From a virus (Duplodnaviria > Caudoviricetes), in the IMG/VR virus record IMGVR_UViG_3300045526_000085, positions 1-40,032 of that record: a DNA stretch of 40,032 nucleotides; one strand, 5' to 3'. Positions 27,804 to 35,259 of this stretch are shown here, piece by piece. The translations under genes were made by a program, and so were the position numbers. A model generated the notes under the pieces. The model searched no databases. It saw nothing but the letters and a program-made list of their open reading frames with translations, and was not told the origin of the DNA. Position 1 is the stretch's first letter. Each line of letters begins with the position of its first letter.

Positions 27804-28183
27804 GAGGACGCAGTTTATGGGGCGGACGCAAAGAACGCAGTGCTGGTGGGCAGTCTCAGCGATGGCGGACGCAAATGACCCTAGGGCGGACGCAAAAAAC
27901 CCAGTCATACCAACGATGGACGCAAAACCGGGGTTTTCCCTTACTCCCCCCTATGTGCAATATGTTCACGCCGTTACACAGTCTCCTAAGGACCGATTTA
28001 TATACCCCTTTTGCGTCCGCCAAGGCAAAAAACAAGATAGAGACTGGGTTTTTGCGTCCGCCATTTGCGTCCGCCTTGCGTCCGCGCGGACGCAAGTTGC
28101 GTCCGCCAACAGTCTCACCATGCGTCCATCCTGAGATTGGTGATAACGCGATCCCTGCTCTTGCCAGTCCTGGCGGACGCAAG
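27804..28183. repeat. iteron array, putative replication origin
   Basis: About 12 copies of the core GGACGCA (often GGCGGACGCAAA) in both orientations around a more AT-rich centre, at the 3' end of the primase-helicase gene. Confidence 0.75.
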
Positions 28184-30520
28184 TTTTGGGAAAATCTGGC
28201 GCAGTGCATCCACGAGCAACCGTGGTGCCTTGACCGTTCGATCATTCGGCGGATCCATGATCCAGCGACCTTTGTCATCTTGATACCCCTCTTCTTTGTA
28301 CCACTCTTGTAACTTGTCCCAGACGCGCTTAACCGACACCTGGCTATCAGCTTCATAGGCCAATCCAACCGAATCACAGAACTCCCAGAGGTGACAACTA
28401 GCGCGGCGCACCTCTTCCATCGCCTGTTTTCCTGATGAGTAATCAATACCCCACTCCACCGAAAGCGATAGCCCCTCCAGCAGCCAGTTCAAGAATGCTG
28501 GGCAGATGTACTGCTGGATAAAGGCCGGATCATCTTTCAAGCGCGGATCAGCTTGGAGGTGATTCGGTTCAGTCGGCTTGGCCATGAATACCTTCCGAAA
28601 CCTGAACACATGAAAGCGTGTTTCAATAGCAGCCTGCTCACCAGTAAGCGATGGATCTTTGTTCAAGTTGAACACAAACAGCGCAGAAGGTACAAACTGC
28701 GACTCTTGAATGCCCTTCAATTCGTATGACAACTCCTCACCTGAAATGGCAGCTTTCAGCGATTGCAAGTTGTCGATGCTGACAAACTGTGAGTTTTCAC
28801 TGCTCCAGTTCACCGACGCATCACGCAGCGGTGCGATCGGGAATTTGCGGCCTTGGTCGTACTGGCGGAAATCAGCCAGCGTGCATGATGTAAAGTTGCG
28901 GCTGCCGAGCGTGTCACGCAGCGCGGTGCGGATGGTGTCCTTACCGTTGGAGCCTTCGCCGATCATGAGCACTGCACGTGGGCGGCCACGTGTGGCGCGG
29001 TACTTGGTAAGATCCAGTCCGCTGCCGAGGATCCGCTGCATCGTGTCCTTGTCGGTTTGTTCGACGGCATCAAGCAACCGAAACAGATGCCGCCCATCGG
29101 CATCGGGGTCATAGTCGTAGCCGGTGACGTAAGTGAAGTGCTGATCCGGGTGATGGGCTTCGTGCTGCACTTCAAGCTTCCGGCCGGACCATGACCAGCT
29201 GACGACACCATTGCGGCAGTTGATCGCGTTGGATGGGTTGACGGCTACGGGCTTCAGCAGCCGCCGCATCCACTGCAGCGCTTCATCCACATAACGCGGT
29301 CGGCGCCACGGGTAGGTCGGTTCACCGCTGCGCTCGGGGATGACATGCAGCAACGACAAGAACGCGGCGATCTCAGGCGCCAGCTCTTCATCGGGCTTCG
29401 GTTCGTAGTGCGTGCCGCTCCATAGGTGGAGGATGCCATCAGCGCAAAGCCAGCGCTGCTGCGGATGGCGGAATACATGCTGCACGGTCAAGTCCAGCCA
29501 GTCGGTACCGGTCTTGTCGTACAGCTGCAGGTTGACCACTTCGCCGGGGTCCACTGCAGCACCGGCATCAGCGACAGCAGCGCGTGGCGTCATCACCCGC
29601 GCCGGCAGCGGCGGCCGCCAACCGTGATGCCGCGCCCAGTACCAGAAGGTTGAGGCGTTGATGTGATCACCGCCGGATGTGGCGACCTGGCGAACACCCC
29701 AGCCGCTGACGCGAGTTGGGCTGTGGTCTTCCATCAGGGCGATGGCGTCATCTTCGGTGCCACCGGCTTCGATGCAGGCCTTTTTCAGCGCCCAGAGGAT
29801 GTTGCGGTACTTCTCGTATGTGTTGTCACCTGATCGCCGCTGCGGGATGCAGGCCAGCGCCTCGCGCACTTCCGCCATGCTGCGGCTGCTGTGATCAGCA
29901 AAGGAATCCGCCTTGCGCTGGTGAAGGTAGAACTCCTCCTCCGGCAAGCAGGTTTCGATCTGATCGACGGTGTAACGAGCGCCGCTGCTGGCGACCATGA
30001 CGCACATCTCACCGAGGCTGCCATCGGCTAGGGCGTAGTAACTGCCCGGCAGCCGCATGACGCGGGAGACGTTTTTGATACTGCGATCTGCGTCGCAGTA
30101 GTCCAGCAGCCGCGTCTGCACCAACGACCAATGCGCTGGGGTGACCGGATCTTGGAGCACCCAGTAGCTGTGGATTGACTTGCCGCCGGTGTCGATCTGA
30201 AAGGTGGGCTCAGGCAGTCCAAGCTCCTGCCATGCGGTCAGCTGCCACTCGCGCGGGCGATCGTCCCATTCAGCGAAGAATGCACGGCAGGCGGTGATGG
30301 AGTCGTTGGTATCGCCGCCGTCATTGACGACGACGTAAACACCACGACCTTCGGACTGCCATTGCCGGATCAGGGATTTTGATGCACCACCCTTGCGGCC
30401 CTTGTCGGTTGCCTTGTCCGGGTGCTCGCGATGGAGGAATGCCCGCAGGCGAATAGTGCCAGCCGGCTTGCCGAGGATGCTGATGAACCGGCGAGCTTCG
30501 TCAAAGTCGATTTCCTTCAT
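28115..30520 (-). CDS. primase-helicase (RepB/AEP-like primase, PriCT-2, D5_N, SF3 helicase)
   Basis: FFAEWDD...IDTGGKSIHSYW...RVMRLPG primase motifs; PriCT-like TFWYWARHHGW; INCRNGVV D5_N motif; Walker A GEGSNGKDT. Confidence 0.9.
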   Translation of the reverse strand: MKEIDFDEARRFISILGKPAGTIRLRAFLHREHPDKATDKGRKGGASKSLIRQWQSEGRGVYVVVNDGGDTNDSITACRAFFAEWDDRPREWQLTAWQELGLPEPTFQIDTGGKSIHSYWVLQDPVTPAHWSLVQTRLLDYCDADRSIKNVSRVMRLPGSYYALADGSLGEMCVMVASSGARYTVDQIETCLPEEEFYLHQRKADSFADHSSRSMAEVREALACIPQRRSGDNTYEKYRNILWALKKACIEAGGTEDDAIALMEDHSPTRVSGWGVRQVATSGGDHINASTFWYWARHHGWRPPLPARVMTPRAAVADAGAAVDPGEVVNLQLYDKTGTDWLDLTVQHVFRHPQQRWLCADGILHLWSGTHYEPKPDEELAPEIAAFLSLLHVIPERSGEPTYPWRRPRYVDEALQWMRRLLKPVAVNPSNAINCRNGVVSWSWSGRKLEVQHEAHHPDQHFTYVTGYDYDPDADGRHLFRLLDAVEQTDKDTMQRILGSGLDLTKYRATRGRPRAVLMIGEGSNGKDTIRTALRDTLGSRNFTSCTLADFRQYDQGRKFPIAPLRDASVNWSSENSQFVSIDNLQSLKAAISGEELSYELKGIQESQFVPSALFVFNLNKDPSLTGEQAAIETRFHVFRFRKVFMAKPTEPNHLQADPRLKDDPAFIQQYICPAFLNWLLEGLSLSVEWGIDYSSGKQAMEEVRRASCHLWEFCDSVGLAYEADSQVSVKRVWDKLQEWYKEEGYQDDKGRWIMDPPNDRTVKAPRLLVDALRQIFPKLASARTGKSRDRVITNLRMDAW

Positions 30521-30666
30521 GCCTGCTCGCGCTGCTGCTGACGGATCGCCTGGTCCAACAGGATGCGTATGGCGGCATTGCGGGAGATGGTGGCGCCGCG
30601 CCAGGTATCAAGCCAGCGCAACTGCTCCGGTGTCAGCCGTAGCGGGATGGGTCGTGCCAGTGGCAT
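30517..30666 (-). CDS. small ribbon-helix-helix regulator (49 aa)
   Basis: MPLARPIPLRLTPEQLRWLDTWRGATISRNAAIRILLDQAI...; ATGA overlap with the primase; first gene of the leftward operon. Confidence 0.65.
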   Translation of the reverse strand: MPLARPIPLRLTPEQLRWLDTWRGATISRNAAIRILLDQAIRQQQREQA

Positions 30667-30677
30667 GGGTCATGGTG

Positions 30678-30722
30678 GTGGCTTGACAAGCGTATACGAT
30701 TGCGATACCGTGTCAAGGCCAC
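30678..30722. promoter_or_regulatory. overlapping divergent sigma70-type promoters
   Basis: Plus strand TTGACA(30683)-17-TACCGT; minus strand TTGACA(30716)-16-TACGCT; located at the strand switch. Confidence 0.75.
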
Positions 30723-30734
30723 AAGCCTGATCCC

Positions 30735-31823
30735 ATGCCAACCAACACCCCTCCGTCGATTTACAAAGGCATCAAATACAGAACAGAACTTGAAGCTCGC
30801 TGGGCCGTTGCCTTTGATGAGCTTGGCGTTGAGTGCTCATTCTTGCCTGTCTATAGCCTTATGGATTGCCCGGACTGGCTTTCTTTTAAGATCTGGGATG
30901 ATATGTACGCACGTGTTTTTTATTGCAAGCCGTCAAGGCGAGAACTGGACGAAACACTTGAACTAGCAAACAAAACTCAATCTGAAATTTTGATGCTAGT
31001 GGGCATGCCGGCCCCGAAGTCTTATTTCACGATAGCGCCAAGCGATAGCGAATATGCTATGGAGTTGAGCGCATATGGCAATCAATACAAAGGTAATGAT
31101 TATTTGATATTTGATAGCACAACTTCATCGGAAGGCAGATTCTATGTATGCACCGGCGCAGACGCCTCATGCTTCCCTTCTCCGATAGAGAGCGAAGATT
31201 TTGAATCTGACGCCGACGATTTAGCCCTGGTCAGAACGTGGCATCATCAATTTGACAGGCCATTTACGGGTGAGTGCTTGGATCTTTCCAAGGTTGGATT
31301 TCGCAGGGGGGAAAACGACTTTGGTGCTTGGATTATTGACGGCGACGAACTTGTGCTCAAGAGGGACGACTCAAAGTGTATTGATTTTGAGCAGTGCAAC
31401 AGTTCAGCCCAGATTCTTGACTGGATCTTTCACTATCAAGGGCGGATTACAGCCGAAGAGCTTGCGGATATGATCGTAGCCATCCAAACAATACTTCATC
31501 CTACCAAGAATTTTTGCAGCTTTGGCCAAGACAAACGCGCTAATGGATTGCAGCTGCTAAGGGAATGGCTGACCCCGCCAACTCCCAAGCGCCAACCCAT
31601 CAAGCCGAGCATCCGCTTCCAAGTGCTGAAGCGCGACGACTACCGCTGCCAGATGTGCGGCGCTACTGCGCAAGACGGCGCGAAGCTTGAGATTGACCAC
31701 ATCCACCCGGTCAGCAAGGGTGGCGGCAACGATCCGAGCAATCTGCAGGTGCTGTGCCGTGACTGTAATGCCGGCAAGCGGGACCAACTGCAATGGCCCA
31801 CCCCAAGATCATCGGCCACCTAA
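30735..31823 (+). CDS. HNH endonuclease with a degenerate PD-(D/E)XK-like N-terminal domain
   Basis: N-terminal YKGIKYRTELEARWAVAFDELG; C-terminal RFQVLKRDDYRCQMCG...LEIDHIHPVSKGG.ND.SNLQVLCRDCNAGK. Confidence 0.85.
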   Translation: MPTNTPPSIYKGIKYRTELEARWAVAFDELGVECSFLPVYSLMDCPDWLSFKIWDDMYARVFYCKPSRRELDETLELANKTQSEILMLVGMPAPKSYFTIAPSDSEYAMELSAYGNQYKGNDYLIFDSTTSSEGRFYVCTGADASCFPSPIESEDFESDADDLALVRTWHHQFDRPFTGECLDLSKVGFRRGENDFGAWIIDGDELVLKRDDSKCIDFEQCNSSAQILDWIFHYQGRITAEELADMIVAIQTILHPTKNFCSFGQDKRANGLQLLREWLTPPTPKRQPIKPSIRFQVLKRDDYRCQMCGATAQDGAKLEIDHIHPVSKGGGNDPSNLQVLCRDCNAGKRDQLQWPTPRSSAT

Positions 31824-31866
31824 CCGGCTGCGGCGAGCTGAACCGCGCAGCATCCGCCGAGTCCGA

Positions 31867-31895
31867 TTGCGCGCGGCTGCCTAGGGTGGTATGCT
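31867..31895 (+). promoter_or_regulatory. putative early promoter
   Basis: TTGCGC-17 nt-TATGCT with an extended -10 TG. Confidence 0.5.
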
Positions 31896-31918
31896 TTGCA
31901 CATCCCGAACCGAGAGCC

Positions 31919-32110
31919 ATGGCACTCACTCACAGCCACGCCTTCTGCGAGCACAAGGTCACCATGGCGCCCGTTGACCGTCCGTGGGACTTCGTGGTGA
32001 TTGAACGCTTCAACGGCTGCCACGCCGAGCGCGATGCCAAGCGCCTCGCCAATTCGCTGCAAGGCCTTGAAGGCGCAATCATCTGCGTTAGCTGCCAGCA
32101 GTGCTGGTGA
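31919..32110 (+). CDS. hypothetical protein (63 aa)
   Basis: ATG 31919 after the promoter and a GAGAG SD-like sequence; Cys/His-containing. Confidence 0.55.
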   Translation: MALTHSHAFCEHKVTMAPVDRPWDFVVIERFNGCHAERDAKRLANSLQGLEGAIICVSCQQCW

Positions 32111-32118
32111 CCCCCACC

Positions 32119-32150
32119 GCGGCCCGCCGGAGCCGCACCCAATCCCGGCG
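32119..32150 (+). ncRNA. compact H-type RNA pseudoknot (intergenic)
   Basis: S1 GCGGC/GCCGC, L1 C, S2 CGCCGG/CCGGCG, L2 A, L3 ACCCAATC. Confidence 0.6.
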
Positions 32151-32169
32151 TAACCCAACTGCTCAACCA

Positions 32170-32442
32170 ATGAGAAGACTTACCCTCGCTGCCGCTGCGG
32201 CGGCACTGCTGCTACCGGCCGCTCATGCCGGTGCTGTTGACCCTGAGCTGTATGCGGCACGGTTCTGCCTGCTGCGGCTGCAAGGCACCAGCCTGCGTGA
32301 TTCCATTCGCCAGGCTGTTGAATACGCCTGGGATTCGGAGCTGCCATCACCGACTGCAGCCGTCACGCGCCACGGTGAAACCGTCCGCATTGATGGCGCT
32401 GCTGCGATGGATGCTGCCCGTAAGCGCTGCCCGGAGGTTTGA
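32170..32442 (+). CDS. small exported protein with signal peptide
   Basis: MRRLTLAAAAAALLLPAAHA-G, a classic Sec signal with an AHA cleavage site; two Cys in the mature part. Confidence 0.7.
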   Translation: MRRLTLAAAAAALLLPAAHAGAVDPELYAARFCLLRLQGTSLRDSIRQAVEYAWDSELPSPTAAVTRHGETVRIDGAAAMDAARKRCPEV

Positions 32443-32627
32443 TGGCTCCGGTGATATTCAAGATCACCTATCGCCGCCCGTGGGGCTTGTGCACAGTCCA
32501 TACCGCGCAGTTTCAATCTGAACCGGAGCTGCGCATTGGCTTTGCTAAGTCTTACCCAGGCTGCGAGTTGGTATTCGTTGAAGATGTGACATCTCGTTTT
32601 TTTCCGAATGACAAGAATCTACTCTGA
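32442..32627 (+). CDS. hypothetical protein
   Basis: TGATG coupling to the upstream gene; overlaps the IbrA-like start. Confidence 0.55.
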   Translation: MAPVIFKITYRRPWGLCTVHTAQFQSEPELRIGFAKSYPGCELVFVEDVTSRFFPNDKNLL

Positions 32628-33927
32628 TTCCAATGTTTACGAAGCATCCCTAAGTCGGCTTAATTTTATCTTTGCCAACTTCAAGCGTGTTTATGTGTCA
32701 TTTTCAGGCGGCAAAGATTCCGGTGTATTGCTAAATCTTGTTCTTGATTACATGCGAGAACATGGCATCACGCAAAAGATCGGCGTGCAGATCATGGACA
32801 ACGAAGCGAATTACACGCATAGCGAGGAGTTCATGCACCGCATTCTCCAAGCAAATCGCAATCTGCTTGACGTCTATTGGTGCTGCTTGCCAATTACGTT
32901 GCCATGCACCGTTAGCTCTTACGAGATTGACTGGCAGTGCTGGGGGGAAGCAGACCGCCACCGCTGGATTCGGCCAATGCCGCAGCAAGATTACATCGTC
33001 AACCTGCAAAACCATCCATTTGGTGAGCTGTTCATCGAAAACATGGACTACGCCACCTTTTGGGACATGTTTGCTGAATGGTATAGCCAAGGCGAGCCGT
33101 GCGCCAACTTGATTGGCATTCGCACAGTTGAATCGCTTAACCGCTTTCGCGCCATTGTCAACCAAGACAAGGAGACAATGGGCGGCATGATGTGGACAAA
33201 AAAGAATACCGATCACACTTACAACTGTTATCCCATTTACGACTGGCGCACCGAAGATATATGGACAGCAAACGCTAAGTTTGGCTGGGATTACAACAAG
33301 CTGTATGACATCTTTTATATGGCTGGTATTCCAATCAAAAAGATGCGCGTTGCCTCTCCATTTATGTCGGAGTCAAAATCAAGCTTGGCGATGTATCGGG
33401 TAATTGATCCACAGATCTGGGCGCGGCTCTGCGCAAGGGTAGGCGGCGCAAACTTTATGGCCACTTACGGCAAACAGCTTGACTACAAATCGTTTCGGCT
33501 GCCGCCTGGCCACACGTGGAAGTCATTTGTCAAATTCTTGCTTGCAACGCTACCAGATCAATCCAGCGCAAATTTTAAGCAGCGCTTCATTCAGTCCATC
33601 CGCTACTGGGGGCGAGTGGGGCGCGGATTGCCTGAGCACATTATCCAAGCGTTAAGCCGTATTGGCATTTGCTTTTACATCAATGGCACAACACGCCACG
33701 GCGGCAACAATCTCCGCCGTGTTGTAATCAAGGTTCCGCCTGATCACCTTGATGAATTGCCGTGCCATAACAGCATGGTGACATCTTGGAAGCGATTTGC
33801 TATCACGGTGCTCAAAAACGATCACACGTGCAAGTACCTTGGCCTCGCGCCAACGCAAGAGCAGCAACGTCGCCAGAAGTCCATTCAACGCAAATACAGC
33901 CAAGTTCTCAACCGTTCCTCAAAATGA
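32608..33927 (+). CDS. IbrA/YbdN-like PAPS-reductase-family (PP-loop) protein with DUF3440
   Basis: PP-loop VSFSGGKDSG, LIGIRTVESLNRFR, YPIYDWRTEDIW, YNKLYD..YMAG....MRVASPF, P.GHTWKSF..FLL.TLP and SWKRFAITVLKND. Confidence 0.9.
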   Translation: MTRIYSDSNVYEASLSRLNFIFANFKRVYVSFSGGKDSGVLLNLVLDYMREHGITQKIGVQIMDNEANYTHSEEFMHRILQANRNLLDVYWCCLPITLPCTVSSYEIDWQCWGEADRHRWIRPMPQQDYIVNLQNHPFGELFIENMDYATFWDMFAEWYSQGEPCANLIGIRTVESLNRFRAIVNQDKETMGGMMWTKKNTDHTYNCYPIYDWRTEDIWTANAKFGWDYNKLYDIFYMAGIPIKKMRVASPFMSESKSSLAMYRVIDPQIWARLCARVGGANFMATYGKQLDYKSFRLPPGHTWKSFVKFLLATLPDQSSANFKQRFIQSIRYWGRVGRGLPEHIIQALSRIGICFYINGTTRHGGNNLRRVVIKVPPDHLDELPCHNSMVTSWKRFAITVLKNDHTCKYLGLAPTQEQQRRQKSIQRKYSQVLNRSSK

Positions 33928-34865
33928 AAATCCTCAACGCCAACCAACTGCCAGCTGATCGCGTTGTTCAATGCCCAAAAGGTGGTTTTACTTCGCACCG
34001 GCTGCTCACGGAATCAGACGGCATGGGTTACAGCATGACCAAAACGGTTGTGCATCCCGGCAAGCCTCACCGCTGGCATTACCAGCACCACCTTGAAACG
34101 TGCTACTGCGTCAGCGGCAAAGGGCTGCTTATCAACGAAACAACTAAAGAGCTTCACGCGATAGCGCCAGACATTACATACGTGCTGGACAACCACGATC
34201 CGCACACCTTCGAGGCACTTGAAGAAACGGTGCTGATCTGCGTGTTTAATCCACCGCTGCTTGGCAATGAGCTGCACGATGAGAACGATTCATACCCTTG
34301 GCGATCCCCAGTTTACTCCGTTCGGAGTATTCCTATCGAGAAAGTTACCGCCAATGATTACAACCCCAACTCTGTGGCACCGCCTGAGATGGCGCTACTG
34401 GAAACATCAATTTGGGAAGACGGTTACACGCAGCCTGTCGTTGTCGTGCACGACACGGAACGCGACCTATATGTGGTCGTTGACGGTTTTCACCGTTATT
34501 TGACACTTAAAAACAGCCAGCGCATCCGCGAACGCGAAAACGGAAGATTGCCTGTCGTGGTTCTGCGCAAGGAGCTGCATGATCGCATGGCTTCAACCAT
34601 TCGCCACAACCGCGCCCGTGGTTCGCACAACATTGAACTGATGAGCGTGATCGTTGCAGAGCTAATCGAAATGGGCAAAGGTGATGCTTGGATTTGCAAG
34701 CACATCGGCATGAGCCCTGATGAGCTGCTGCGCTTGAAGCAAATCACCGGCCTTGCATCGTTGTTCCTTGGCAAGGACTTCAGCAAAGCGTGGGATGTTG
34801 AGCAAATTGATGCCGTCTCTAAAGATCTGAGCGATGAAGCTGAAGAGAGTCTGGCTGCCGATTAA
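33924..34865 (+). CDS. fusion: EctC (ectoine synthase)-like cupin plus IbrB/YbdM-like ParB/Srx domain
   Basis: Start ATG 33924 (ATGA overlap). N-terminal SHRLL..DGMGYS...HYQHHLETCYCVSGKG...YVLDNHDPH...CVFNPPL.G.E.HDE..SYP; C-terminal ANDYNPNSV...SI.EDGYTQPVV...VVDGFHR...STIRHNRARGSH. Confidence 0.88.
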   Translation: MKILNANQLPADRVVQCPKGGFTSHRLLTESDGMGYSMTKTVVHPGKPHRWHYQHHLETCYCVSGKGLLINETTKELHAIAPDITYVLDNHDPHTFEALEETVLICVFNPPLLGNELHDENDSYPWRSPVYSVRSIPIEKVTANDYNPNSVAPPEMALLETSIWEDGYTQPVVVVHDTERDLYVVVDGFHRYLTLKNSQRIRERENGRLPVVVLRKELHDRMASTIRHNRARGSHNIELMSVIVAELIEMGKGDAWICKHIGMSPDELLRLKQITGLASLFLGKDFSKAWDVEQIDAVSKDLSDEAEESLAAD

Positions 34866-35259
34866 TCAGTGGGAGGAGATCGGCGCGAACATGTGGGGTG
34901 AGGTCAAGGATCGTCGTCTCTACTTGCAACGCGCCGTGATCTTCACCGGCAATCATCGCCTATACGGGCGATACATGATGCGCGTGATTTACGAATGGCC
35001 AAACAGCTGCCTTAATGCTTTGACTGATTACAACTTGAACCGCAAAGCGTGGATTGGCCACGCTGCGTGCGCATTGGCTTTACGCTGCCCCGAGGACATC
35101 ACTCGACAGGCTTGGGGACTGCTATCAGATGAGCAAAGGATTCTGGCGAACCGCCAAGCGGATCGAGCCATTCAATCCTGGGAGATGCGCTATGGAGAGA
35201 GTCTCGGAATACGTCAAGACGTGGAAGCGCCGGTGCTATTCGGACGGAATACCGGATAA
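34834..35259 (+). CDS. Trp-rich hypothetical protein of the IbrAB-like module
   Basis: WEE...MW...WPNSCLNALT..NLNRKAWIGHAAC....PE.ITRQAW..L...Q...AN..AD..I..W; overlaps both neighbours. Confidence 0.7.
   Translation: MKLKRVWLPINQWEEIGANMWGEVKDRRLYLQRAVIFTGNHRLYGRYMMRVIYEWPNSCLNALTDYNLNRKAWIGHAACALALRCPEDITRQAWGLLSDEQRILANRQADRAIQSWEMRYGESLGIRQDVEAPVLFGRNTG

Noticed and set aside
27804-28183. GGACGCA repeats as a CRISPR array
   Set aside because: Repeats are only 7-12 bp, in both orientations and irregularly spaced, with no cas genes; iterons fit better.
27856-28446. 196-aa minus-strand ORF across the repeat region
   Set aside because: It overlaps the primase in another frame and the iteron array, and the translation simply reflects the DNA repeats.
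41-30500. Many plus-strand ORFs of 60-280 aa in the ORF track (e.g. 4318-5169, 7853-8635, 15937-16500)
   Set aside because: They are antisense shadows of well-supported minus-strand genes in GC-rich DNA and show no motifs.
32090-32118. -1 frameshift fusing ORF 31919 to the exported-protein frame, stimulated by the pseudoknot
   Set aside because: The -1 frame is open, but there is no X XXY YYZ slippery heptamer before the stop.
32608-33927. Assimilatory cysH or a complete Dnd/Ssp phosphorothioation cluster
   Set aside because: Size and DUF3440 motifs match IbrA/YbdN rather than CysH; no DndD/DndE, SspB/SspC or cysteine desulfurase genes are visible.
33924-34310. Ectoine biosynthesis auxiliary pathway
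   Set aside because: No ectA or ectB in the window, and the EctC-like domain is fused to a ParB/Srx protein, so osmolyte synthesis is not supported.
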